DNA from: Eledone cirrhosa
Lineage: Eukaryota
Assembly (NCBI GenBank): GCA_964016885.1
Contig: OZ024741.1
Location: 88,722,001-88,786,000 of the forward strand
DNA length: 64,000 bases
Direction of reading: 5' to 3'
Below are positions 1-12,074 of this stretch, one piece after another (within the stretch, counting starts at the first letter, position 1; every line of letters begins with the position of its first letter). The notes beneath the pieces were generated by a model. It saw only the letters and a list, made by a program, of their open reading frames with translations, was not told the DNA's origin and made no database searches. Position numbers and translations under genes: made by a program.

Positions 1-47
1 CTCAGTATACCATTGTAAAAGTTTGTCTTATGTTTGGAGGCTTATCA

Positions 48-284
48 GGCCAGTGCTTATCCTGGTTCCATTTGCATTAAACAACTAAGAGTATAAGACT
101 TCCTCCAGATCAGGAGACCAGTCCATCAGAGGGTTAACTCATGCTGGTACTCATTTTCAGCTAAGTATACTGGAACAATGTGGAATAAAGTTCTGCTGAA
201 GAACATGATGCGACACCTGATCCAAGAATGAAACCCACAACATTATGATCATAAGTCCAACAGCCTACCCACTAGGCCACATGC
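48..284 (-). mobile_element. decayed tRNA-derived SINE
   Basis: Reverse strand begins GCATGTGGCCTAGTGGGTAGG (A box) with GGGTTTCATTC (B box), followed by a body resembling the SINE at 50701-51042. Confidence 0.65.
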
Positions 285-618
285 TATCACATATACTATC
301 TTAAGTAAGCATTACTGGTGAATGATAAAAATCTTGAAATACATACATAAGGCAGAAACTGAGGTTACTGTGATATGGTCACAACTTAAAATACTAAAAG
401 CAAAGCTTGTGTGTGTTTATTATACATAAACATACTCTATATGAGTTCATATATACCTCCATGCTGAATTAGTGCTACTGCTGATAAATATGTGTATGTG
501 TATATTTATGTATGAACCGAATGGTGTCATGGGAATGCCTCTGTGACATACAGCATGTCTTGGCCATTTTCAACCTGCCGGAGCCCATCCACTCTCCAGG
601 TCTGGACAGAACTGATGT

Positions 619-635
619 GAGAGAGAGGGAGAGAG

Positions 636-693
<58 letters not shown>
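619..693. repeat. (AG)n microsatellite
   Basis: About 75 bp of nearly pure GA repeat. Confidence 0.95.
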
Positions 694-694
694 T

Positions 695-838
695 TGACCC
701 TAGTACTGGACTGGTATGTTTTTTTATCAACCTTGAAAGGATGAAAGGCAAAGTTGATCTCAGTGGAATTTGAACTCAGAGAACACAGTGGGTAAAATAT
801 TCCATCCCACATTGTAACAACTCTACCAATTCATCACT
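695..838 (-). mobile_element. SINE of the abundant CTGAGTTCAAAT...CTTTGCCTTTCATCC family
   Basis: Reverse complement matches the copies at 7652, 16761, 17110 and 51634. Confidence 0.75.
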
Positions 839-860
839 TTGTGTATATATATAAATGTAA

Positions 861-1084
861 TTAACCCTTTTGATATCAACCTACCTAAAGCTGCCTTATT
901 TTTATGATACAAATCTGCACATCTTAAAATGTTCATATATGATATTAAAACCTTCCATGATAATTTTATTAGTGTAAAATTTAGTTATTTTGTTTAAATT
1001 CCTCCAAATTTTTAATTATTTCTCAAATAAATTGAAACACATAGGCACTGCATTTCATTAGAAATATAGTAATAAAAGAGTTAA
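861..1084 (+). mobile_element. piggyBac-like MITE (TTAA-flanked)
   Basis: TTAACCCTTTT...AAAAGAGTTAA termini; internal sequence recurs at about 2637, 10162, 13926, 33800(-) and 60976. Confidence 0.6.
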
Positions 1085-2636
1085 GTGACAGGACCAAATT
1101 TTCAACCTTCACTGAGGCCATTTTTGTTACAGTACATTTGGGAAAAGTAGTAACATCACATCCCTAACAAAAATGGGACACCAGGTGCTAAGTTAAAATA
1201 AACTAAAATGTATGTTTGTTACATCCAATCTCAACTATTGCTTTATGATTGTATGTGTGTGTGTACACTTTTACACTATCTGGTTGATAACATTAATATA
1301 TATATATATATATATATATACTCATACACAGACACACACCATCTTAAGCTTTTAATATATGAAAAGCTGGTTAATACTGAAGAGGGCTAAGAATTCTAAA
1401 TATAGACCATCTAAGGAAATGGTCTTTGCTCATGCTCCCTTGATGTCTGTCAACTATTGAAGATAAGAAGCCAGTTAAAGATTATATAATGAAGTCTGTC
1501 AATAAACTCCATATCTCTCACACACTTTACTTGCTCTCTAACACACATCTCTGTTTAGAATCAACAGTCGCTCTATTCCACACAAAGACCAGAAACTTAC
1601 CCCCCACCAAACTTGAAATGATCTTAAACTAATTTTCCAGATGATTTTACGCCACCTACCAACCAACCACCATCATAAAGATTCTGCTGATAGCTGTGGA
1701 ATTGATACAGATTCAGCTTATGTGTATGTTAAAGCAGGGGAATTAGTGCTATCTGTTGCAGGTTATTTATTTCACAGGGTTACTCTTGGGAATACTGATT
1801 CTGAGGCTTACATTTTTTTTATATAGGTGACATTTTATTTAATTGTTTATTTATGTCAGCTTAAAAAAAAAAAATCTTTCTCCAAGATTTGTAATAGTTC
1901 AAGTCTCAATACTGGAACAGAAAAGGCAGAATTACAATGCAAAATTCAAAGAGGAGCTGTGACATGATCACAACTTAAAATACTCACAGGGAAACTTATC
2001 TACATCATCGTTGTTTAGCGCCTGGTTTCCCTGTTAGTAAGGCTTGGATGCGTATTTACAGAGTGGTCAATACTCAAGTGGAGCTACTGACCCCCAGGTG
2101 GGCCCTGGTCCTGGCATACAATCCCACTATTGAGTGCATTTTATTATGATACCAAGACTAGGAAAGTTGTTCTGTCCTTGACACAGCTGAAGACCTCCTC
2201 TCAATCCTTTAATTGGCAGGTTTTGCTAAAGCTGGATGCTCCAACCACTTGCCAAGGTGTACTGCGTGTGTTTATCATGTACAAGTAGGTTACCAAAACT
2301 AGGGATGTTGTCATGTCTATAACACAACTGAAGAGTCCCTTTGTTTGATAAGTTTTCTAATACTGGATGCCCTTCCTATCACCAACACTTTTGTATGTTT
2401 ATTATATATAAACATATTGTATATGCTTTCATATAAGACTATATATATTATACAATGCTTTTTTGTTTTTTGTTTTTTTTTCAGAAAGTAAAAAATAAAA
2501 AATAGTTTATAAGACAATGCTAAATAAGTCTATTTACTAAGTACCAATATAGTTGGGAATGTTTTTCTTTTTTCATAGCATAAAAATATACATCTGGATA
2601 CCTTTAGCAATGAAATCTAGTTTTCTTATTTGTTTC

Positions 2637-2892
2637 TTAACGTCTTTGACACAAAACCACATGAAACCACCCTTGGTTCTGTAATGCAGACTTATTTGTT
2701 TTAAAGTGTTTATATTTACCGAAAAACTTCCATCATAGGAAGAACCATTGTTAAGTCTTTTTTTCAAAACACCAGGTTAATAATGAAAGTTAGTCATATT
2801 ACTAAATCTAACTAAATCCTTGATTATTTTGGAAATGGTTTGAAAATCATCGGCAATGATTTTCATTATAAATATGGTAACAAAAGGAATAA
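2637..2892 (+). mobile_element. piggyBac-like MITE, decayed copy
   Basis: Shares AAACACCAG-TTAATAATGA-AGTTAGT and TTTCATTA-AAATATGGTAACAAAAGG blocks with 861-1084 and 13926-14173. Confidence 0.55.
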
Positions 2893-3742
2893 TGTTTTGC
2901 ATGAAAGTTTCACTAATCAAAATCTATAAAACTTGGTTTTAATTCTTAATGTCACTTAACTAACTCTAGAATGGTTTCTACAAAATGAGCCATTCATTTA
3001 AGAACTAGCATTGCTTGCCACCTTTAAAAAAGAAAAGGAAAGGAAAGCCGATCATTAGATCGGACTAAGGAAACAAGGTTTCTATTGGTCTTTCCATTGC
3101 TGATACTATCTGCCAGTCACAACTGGGAGCAATGCGAAATGATAGTATTTTCCTCAAAAACACAATGCGCCATCCAAACCAGGAATTGAACTCACAACCT
3201 TATGATTATGAGTCAAACACACTAAACACTAGGCAACCTTTGAAATTCACTGATCTGTTGAAAGAATTGATGTTTTCTACACTAACAAGATTTTTATAGC
3301 ATTTAACAGAAAACCTCTAGAGTTATATAATAATATTTTAAATGTTTAAAAATATAACTACAGGTGCCACTGGTAATCAAGTATGACTTGGTAGTAAGTA
3401 CTATGCTTTTACTAAAGTGTTTAGCTACTCATGCTGTCATGAGCAGATACAGATACCCTCTCAACTTGACTCACTCCTCCCTGGATCCAGTGGAACTTCT
3501 AGGACATTACATTTGGAAGGAGGGATGGCTATTCCAGCACTAAGCTGGTACTTTCTTTATCGACCCCAAAGAGATGCAAGGCAAAATGGACCTCAGTGGG
3601 ATTTGAACTCAGAACATGGAGATCCAGAACAAATACCAAATGCTCTAGCGACTCAACCAAATTAACAGCATATAAATTCAAGAATAAAGATGTTAAAAAC
3701 AAATGAAATATTAATATATATTTTTCATTTTAAGCCACCAAC

Positions 3743-4229
3743 CTGATTATTTTCCGCTGATCATTGGGATGTATCTTCTGGGCAATAGCTGGGTCTAACT
3801 GTTGTAGTCTTGTATGAAGCTGTATAGAGTTTACTTTGTAGCCCCACTGTCTGATATCACTTAGTTTATAACCAGTAATATTAGGTTCAGAAACTTTAGT
3901 CATTGTGTCTGGACTACAATCAACCATATGACTGTCATCCTCAGCAATATTAGCACTCACTTCAGTGTTATTATCTGTGCAGCTCTTCTTTACCTCGGTT
4001 CTTCTCTCACTGTAGCTAATATTTGGCTTAGTAATATTCCTGTTCATCTTCTCTAATCCCTCGCTGTTGTCTATCACAGATTTATGAGCAGCACTGCCAT
4101 CACTAAAGCAGCTTTCTTGTTCTGAACTGAGTCTGCGACGTTTTGGAACGGGAGAACATTCAGTTGGAATATGTTTAGGACTGCCAGAATCAGTGCAAAT
4201 TTTGGTAGATAGTTTCTTATCTTTATCAT
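3743..4229 (-). CDS. TRIT1: tRNA dimethylallyltransferase (IPP transferase) internal exon
   Basis: Open 487-nt exon bounded by acceptor TTTTGTTATAG and donor AG|GTTGGT. It ends in LHTRLQQLDPAIAQKIHPNDQRKIIR, the L..VDP..A.KIHPND.RK..R signature of MiaA/Mod5/TRIT1. Confidence 0.9.
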
Positions 4230-6234
4230 CTATAACAAAAATATATAATATAATATAACAATGGTTGACTTAAGAAGCATTGAGAAAATTTGAAATTTAA
4301 AGTGTGTGCATTCCCAACGCAAGTGACCATAACAATAATAGAATAGTCAACCACAATAAATAATAGTTGAGAAAATCAGGTAAAATACCCATAAAGATGA
4401 AGAAATGCTTGTAAGGAATTGAACCCCATGATTTTCAGTCTGTAGCTAGAAATGTAAACAACAGTTGACTTAAGAGGTATTTGAAATTTGAAATATGTGT
4501 GTCCCAACACAAATGACCATGATAATAAGTCACCCAAAATAAATAATAGCTGAGAAAAATCAGTCTTGGAGTCAGGAAAAGAGGCACCTATGAGGGATTG
4601 AACCCCACATCTCACAAACTTCTAGCAACAGGCTTAAAATCTTCTAAATACATGGAATCAGGAGCCAGTGGCCTGTAAGGCACCACAGTCTACTTTACTC
4701 CCATTTCCAAGGGTACCTTACTATTATTATTATGGCTATTTGGATTGGGACACACACATTTCAAAATCAAATATAACATTTAAAATAATGATGATGATAA
4801 TGATGATGATGATAATTTCTTTTATTAGACACAACTCAAATATAAAAAATAACATTATAAATAGAGGGGTTACAATACATGTGGGTGTGAATAAACAAAT
4901 ATATACAAAAATGAAGAGAATGTTGGGTACATTATACAATAGACAGATTAAATTATATTATAATAATAAATATATCAAAAGAGGATATGTGTTTAATTCA
5001 TCACACTTAAATTAAAATTGTTTCATTTTATTCAGTTTTGTTGTTGCTGCTGCTACTGCAGACAAGCCAGATCAACATCAATCAATCAAATAAGACAGAA
5101 AGTTGAGTTGACAGGGAACATGATAATGAATCAAAGAGTTAGGGGTTCATATCCTGCCATTAGCACAGCCACACAAATCCATATGCCTCAGTCTACATGG
5201 CTGTAAGTAGGTATTACAATGTGTGGCCACAATATAAAATTGATGTTTTGTTAGTTTGTAGAAATAAGTTTGGTTCCTCTGTAGGCTTGGTTTATGATAA
5301 AATCCTAACAACATGGCCCTATGTTCTGTACTTTTACAACTCCTCCAAATAGACTAAAAATGAATGATTCCAGCAGATGTTGACTCTTAACGTCCTGTAC
5401 CACACGAAAACAAATTAGCAAGATATTTTTGAACAATACAAAACAGCACTATGACTACATCATGTTAGAAATTAAAGTTTTTACTTTAGTTTATAACCAA
5501 TTTTCAATGATCTGTTCACTAAAGATACAAAAAACATTTGAATTAACAAACCTGTTTTAAAATATTTTCTGCTAAATCCTTACAAAGTATTAAGAGTTGA
5601 TATAGAAACCTTAACTGACCTGGAACACATGTAAAGAACACCTACTATAGTAATAAACAACAATGCCCTATATTTGATTTACTTACATTTAGTCTACTCA
5701 TGCATATTTTTATTCAGTTCAAAGTGACTAAGTCAAACTTTACATGATTAAAACACTAAAATTAGGCCTAATTTGATCCATTCTCATCTCATACTATGAG
5801 ATAACTGGAGAAATATTTGACTCGGTATTAAACAGAAGGTTAATTGAAAACAAATGGATTTTCTGCATATGTGAGGTCAGTATTTGAATGTATTTTAGAC
5901 TACCAACTATTATAACCCACGAATAACCACTATAGTGACCAATGCTAACAAGGGAGTATCTATATGGTAATTAAACCTGCTAGATATAGCAAATTTCTCT
6001 TGAATCGCACACTACAGTCTTATTTCTTAACATGCTGTACTGCATAAAACATACATAAAAAGTATAAAACAGCACTATGACTATATCACATTAGCAAGAC
6101 TTTCTTGATAAGGATAAAACAGCACTATGAATACATAACTTCTAGCAGAGCCATCTCTTCTCCAGGTCTGAACACAGTTGATTTCCTTAAAAGAAGGAGA
6201 GAGGGGAAGTGAGAAAGAGAGATAGAGGAAGAAT

Positions 6235-6385
6235 CGACCTAATACTAAACTGGTACTTTTTTGTCAACCACTAAAGGATGAAATGCAAAGTTGACCTCAG
6301 CGGGAATTGAACTCAGACTGCAGAGAGCTGGAACGAATAATTTAAAGTATTCTCTCTGGTGTTCTAGCAACTCTGCTAATTCACT
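6235..6385 (-). mobile_element. SINE (same family as 695-838)
   Basis: GGATGAAATGCAAAGTTGACCTCAGCGGGAATTGAACTCAGA block. Confidence 0.7.
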
Positions 6386-6682
6386 GTCTTATGATATGCA
6401 TTACATCTATTATATTAAAGCTGTTGTATATTCCATGTAAAATGTTGGTCAAACTGAAAAGTGGATGTGAGAGAAAGAGAGAGGTAATGATAGTGGGAAA
6501 ACTGAAAACATTTTTTTCCAATCCCATGCTGTAATAAATCTTGTGGAAAGGGAGTGGTACAACAATGTACTGCCAGCACATTTGAAGTCATCATCTTCGA
6601 ACATGTAGTTGACTATATGAACTCTAGTCTTTTCATTTCATGTGTCTAATTAGAAAGAGCTATTATTTCAGTGAACACTTAC

Positions 6683-6740
6683 CAGCATTTTCTGCTGCAC
6701 ATTTTGAAGATAACTGGATTTTTGTAGGTTCTGGAAGATC
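6683..6740 (-). CDS. TRIT1: probable 58-nt TRIT1 exon (DLPEPTKIQLSSKCAAENA+G)
   Basis: Strong acceptor TATTTCTTATTCAG and donor G|GTAAGT; 19 sense codons plus 1 nt, completing GAT in frame with the AT that opens exon 3743-4229. Confidence 0.7.
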
Positions 6741-6898
6741 CTGAATAAGAAATATAAATGATTATCTCCTTATAATATATAACCAGCAATTTCTCTGTCT
6801 GTCTGTCCGACAGTGGAAACACGTGCGCACGCGTAGAGAGAGAGACTACAAGAGAGGGGGATAGCGGGAGGGAGAGTGGGGGGGAATTGAGGAGTGCT

Positions 6899-7004
6899 AC
6901 AGAAACATATATACATTTCTGTGTGTGTGTAATATATATATATATACACACACAGAAATATATATATATACACACAGAAATATATATACATTTCTGTGTG
7001 TGTA

Positions 7005-7039
<35 letters not shown>

Positions 7040-7142
7040 GAAATATATATACATTTCTGTGTGTGTAATATATATATATATATACACACACAGAAATATA
7101 TATATATACACACAGAAATATATATACATTTCTGTGTGTGTA

Positions 7143-7173
<31 letters not shown>

Positions 7174-7258
7174 GAAATATATATACATTTCTGTGTGTGT
7201 AATATATATATATATATATATACACACACAGAAATATATATACATTTCTGTGTGTGTA

Positions 7259-7289
<31 letters not shown>

Positions 7290-7310
7290 GAAATATATAT
7301 ATATTTCCGG

Positions 7311-7344
<34 letters not shown>

Positions 7345-7421
7345 TACACACACAGAAATGTATATATATATTACACACACAGAAATGTATATATATATAT
7401 ACACACAGAAATATATATACA
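6899..7421. repeat. compound (TA)n/(CA)n minisatellite with CAGAAAT...ATTTCTG core
   Basis: Repeating unit CACACAGAAATATATATACATTTCTGTGTGTGTAA(TA)n; orientation flips near 7310-7345. Confidence 0.9.
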
Positions 7422-7651
7422 TCCCTTAGCTACTGTACTGTATCTGTTGCTATCTCTCTCTTTCTCTCCAGCTATCCCTCTCTTTTAGTCTGTCTGTTTC
7501 TCTCACTTTCACTCTTTCTCTTTGTAACACACTAACATTCCTCCCCTCTATCGCTGTGACGAATGGGGAGATGGAGGAGGAGTCACTTCGTCACTTCACC
7601 TCTGCCTTTCTTTCTCTCCCCTCTCACTCCCTCATTACGTACAGACATTAG

Positions 7652-7833
7652 AGCAGTGGATTGGCAGAATCTGTAGAGAGTCGGACACCATGCTTCATAG
7701 CATGGAGTTACGGTCTGAGTTCAAATCCCTCCGAGGTTAACTTTGCCTTTCATCCTTATGGGGTCGATAAAATAAAGTACCAGTAATGTACTGGGTAATT
7801 GCTGGCCTTGTGCCAAAAGTAGAAACAATTATT
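7652..7833 (+). mobile_element. SINE
   Basis: TGGCAGAATCTGTAGA (A-box-like), GAGTTCAAATCC (B box), 3' GCTGGCCTTGTGCCAAAAGTAGAAACAATTATT; closely similar copies at 16761, 17110 and 51634. Confidence 0.85.
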
Positions 7834-7951
7834 AGAAACATTGCTTCATTTTTACATATCTAAGCATTAGTAAAATAACTAATAATTTCAAAAGTAATTT
7901 TTCAATTCCAATTGTTATGAACAGCAAAACATTAATAATAATTTTGTTCTA

Positions 7952-8249
7952 AGAAATATATATACATTTCTGTGTGTGTAATATATATATATATACACAC
8001 ACATAAATATATATACATTTCTGTGTGTGTAATATATATATATACACACAGAAATATATATACATTTCTGTGTGTATAATATATATATATATACACACAC
8101 AGAAATATATATATATACACACAGAAATATATATACATTTCTCTGTGTGTAATATATATATATATACATACAGAAATATATATACATTTCTGTGTGTGTA
8201 ATATATATATATATACACACACAGAAATATATATACATTTCTGTGTGTG

Positions 8250-8302
<53 letters not shown>

Positions 8303-8325
8303 GAAATATATGGGCATTTCTCTGT
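7952..8325. repeat. second block of the CAGAAAT...ATTTCTG compound minisatellite
   Basis: Same unit as 6899-7421. Confidence 0.9.
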
Positions 8326-8847
8326 TTGTCTGTCTGTCTGTCCTTCCCTAAAACTCAAATGTAGGTGCTACAGAAATATTACCTTCCCCTTCCTTTCTCC
8401 ACTTTGGTACTACCAAGAGAAACACTGTCGCTATAGAAACATTACCTTCCCCTCTCCACTGACTTTGGTCACTGAGGCCAAGGGAATCGCTGGTTGCTAT
8501 AGAGACACCTTGCACAAGCCAAAAGTAACCAGTTCGAGGCGGTTCTGACTTGACACCATGCCAAGGACCATTTGAAGATATATTTCCATCGTTATATCAT
8601 AACCTTTATGTATCATAACGTTTATATTTCCGTCACTAATCTCTTTTTCTCCTTTTTCGTTTTAACATATATTTATTTCAAAGATTTCACCGTATAGATA
8701 ACATATATATTTATACATGCATAATAGACACACCGAGAGACGGTGAACATGTGGTGCCGAAAACATTTCTCATCCAAATCTCAACAATATCAGTATATAC
8801 ACTAGATTTGCTAGCAGAAAACCGCCCACCGGGTGTTTTTCTGCTAG

Positions 8848-9754
8848 TCTATATATATAAAACTGAGGTTGTCTGTCTGTCTACTAAAACGGTCGACACA
8901 CATCTCCTCCTAAACCGTACGTTCAAATTTCGGTGAAATTGCTACACTTATAGATGAAGGTCCGGCAGAGACATCGGTCAAAAACATTTTCAAATCGACC
9001 CACGCCAAGTGCAAAATTCGAATTTGTAAAGTATTGATTTTTCAGTTCAAATGTATAATTAGAGATGAGAGACGAGTTATTTCCCTTTTATGGCGTCATT
9101 CTGTTTACCTAATTATGTTATGAATATACGATGCATGCAAATACGCTAACAGTTTTCAGACCAGCAAAATTTTAACCTGCAAAATTCATGAGTTCGAAGT
9201 TTCAACATTAAGCTTCCATTTTGCTTCATTTCCATTAAAAAGTCTTTTAAAACAATATTTTTACTTGAAAACAAGCCTATTTGAATACAACGTAAAACAA
9301 GCAAACATTTTGTAAAAAAAGCATTGATCTATATATATAATCTCGAATAAAGCCTTATGAGATTTTCATTTAGAAGCAATTATTTTAAACAACAGACAGA
9401 TAACGCATTTTTTTTTTGTTTTTCATGTCCATCCAATTTCTTTGTTTCAAAATAACAGATAGAGAAAAACATCAGCGTAACCAAACTGAGACAAGTATTG
9501 CAGTGTTTACATTTTCGATTTTTGTTAATAGATTACCAGTGCAGTTTTTATCCCCAGCATCCTCTTTTGTTTTAACATTCGGGTTATGGTTATGTTTTCT
9601 TAACTTCATAAGGCATACTGTTGGTTGAGGGATTATTAATCAAAAGTACCACATGAAAGTCTACACAGTAGACACTACAGTTTTTAAGCCAAGAAAGGAA
9701 CTTAACATTGTAACTTTAACACAGCTACTGAGCAGCCCCGAGCTTTACTGCTAG
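8848..9754 (+). mobile_element. non-autonomous Helitron-like element
   Basis: 5' TCTATATATATAAAACTGAGGTTGTCTGTCTGTC start; 3' GC-rich subterminal segment then CTGCTAG|T; retains CpGs, unlike the flanks. Confidence 0.6.
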
Positions 9755-9978
9755 TAAATATATATATATATTCATGGTTATGATGATGATGATATATACA
9801 GTGTGTGTGTGTGTATATATCCTGGGTTCAATCGGGCGTAACCACAGTAAGTAAGGTACTCAATACATAGCAGAGTATGAAATTTTAATATAGAAATTGC
9901 TTCTACAGGACTAGAACTGTTTCAATCAAAGGAAATCATCAGGAAAGCCCCTGGGCTTCCCTGATGATTTCTTTCTAC

Positions 9979-10020
<42 letters not shown>

Positions 10021-10161
10021 CAGTAAAACTACAAACATCATTCACAATCGAGTATGTTAATATATAACAAAAATAATACTTTGTGTCTAATTTCCTTCCT
10101 TGACCCTCCAATTCTAGGTGGAATTGTAAGGTAGCTGTCTTGACAAACATGTCTTCAGTAT

Positions 10162-10397
10162 TTAATCATTTTATTACCAAGCCACCCAAAACCAACACTG
10201 GTTTAATGAAACAAAAAGGGTTCTTATTTGAATTAAAATCTTCCAAGAAATTTTATATACTTTTATATACAAATATTATATACAAATATTATACTACTAA
10301 TTAAATATTTAATAATTTTAGTAAATTCTACAAAGTTCTTTATTAATTAATTGGAACAAATTGTATTTCATTAGAAATACGGTCCCAATGGGGTTAA
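10162..10397 (+). mobile_element. piggyBac-like MITE, decayed copy
   Basis: TTAA start and GGGGTTAA end; internal similarity to 861-1084. Confidence 0.55.
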
Positions 10398-11059
10398 CCC
10401 TGGGGAATTCAATTAGGGAGACCATCAGCTCTACGTTGGAAGTTCTCAGTACTGTGAACTTCATGACTTTTGAGGTGGTAGATTTTTCAGTAGGCAACGA
10501 ATTAGAAGAGTCATTTGAATGTTAGATAGAATGCTTTGCGGTATTCGTTCCAGCTTTCTGTACTCTATGTTCAAATCCTGCCTTTTCATCATTTCACAGT
10601 TGATAAAAAGTACTAGTTCAATACTGGGTCGATTCTTCTTTCATATCTCTTTCTTTCTTCCTCTCGATCATTCTATTCATCCTACTTCTCTGGAAGAAAT
10701 CGGCTATGTTCCAACCTGGAGAGGTGTGTTCTGCCAGGTTTAAAATGACCGAGACATGTTGTATGTCATTATGGTGCTCCTATGACTTCACCAGCAGTTA
10801 CAGTTTAAAAAAAAAGAAGAATTTCACAGTGTTGGCTGCTTCTAAGGAAGGAAGGAGTGGACAACCCTTCAACTCTTCTGCATGACTTGCTTTTGGAGGG
10901 GACTAACATTTTTTTCTTGGCGGAAAGGAAGGACTTCTTTCTTTTTCTGTCCTTTGTTCATTCCCCAGCAGTATTTCTACTCCTGTTCATTTTTCATGCC
11001 TTCTTCATGATCACATGAAGGTGCAACACAATAATGTATGTATAAGTCAGGTTTCACTT

Positions 11060-11330
11060 CAGTGCTACTGGTAACATGTAACCCAACACAACCTGTGCAT
11101 GGTTGGGTCGTCAGCAACTAAACTGGCAACCCCACCAACCTTGTTTGGTGAGGAGAATGATTTTGGACACCCTGTGGGATGAAAAGCAAATCCCATCAAA
11201 GGGCGAAGGAACTCGGGAGAGTCAATGGGCCATCCAATAAAGTATATTTTTTTGTGGAATGAGAGACTTCTACTCTTCATTAAGACATCTCTCTAGGAGA
11301 AGGTGACTCTGATGTAAAACCTGTGACATT
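11060..11330 (+). mobile_element. possible decayed RTE-type LINE 5' UTR fragment
   Basis: CTAGGAGAAGGTGACTCTGATGTAAAACC and GGGCGAAGGAACTCGG resemble RTE 5' UTR motifs as I recall them; no ORF. Confidence 0.3.
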
Positions 11331-12074
11331 GTTTACATCCAATGATGTAGACTAGTTCTTCTTTTTGGGCAAATGCATTCAATGTTCAGAGAGCGAGATT
11401 GGTCCTGTGCAAGGCCTTTCCTCACTTAAAAATGCTTCAAGTACAGACATCGCTTGATATGTGACATTTTTTGCAATGCATGGTATTGTTGGCCATAGGC
11501 AAATCACTAGCAGGACTAAAAATCCAAATCCATATCCATATTCATGCTTAAGTATCAAGCGATGGCATTACTTGAAATCGAGTTGCAGCCATCATGTATG
11601 TATGTATGTATGTGTGTGTGTGTGCATGTATGTATGTATGTAAAGGGGAAATTGCTGGCCTTGTACCTAAGTTATAAATCATTATTATGATACAGTACTA
11701 AATTTTATTTATGTATTTGCCATCATACTGTCTAGGCATTCTCTTTATATATGACTGATCTAAAAATAATAAACTCATTCCTCCTCTTTCTCTTTGTTTC
11801 TTTAAAATAAATTTCAAAACAAAATAACAACAAAAAAAAAAGAGAAAAAAGCCTATTAACTCTTCTGCCTCCACCCTCCACCAGCCATACTACCATACAA
11901 CTAACTTTTTTTAATATTAAAAATAAAACCTTTTTCCTATTTATATATTACAATTAATTCTTAACTATTTTTCAGATCAAATTTCTTTTCTAAGCCAACA
12001 ACAGAAGAAATATGCATAACTGTGATTACTGCAAACATTCTTACCAGTAAATAGAGCAACAGTAACTGCAACAA

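Noticed and set aside
3730-4077. ORF-track start and stop for the 115-aa ORF
   Set aside because: It is part of a spliced exon; the frame is open to the 4229 acceptor and leaves at the 3743 donor.
6679-8548. Long Y/I/C/V/H/T-rich ORFs
   Set aside because: Translations of (TA)n/(CA)n minisatellite, open in many frames on both strands.
10860-11045. THAP-domain start (YCVAPSC on the minus strand)
   Set aside because: No downstream FP, W or C..HF motifs, and the frame is interrupted by a stop.
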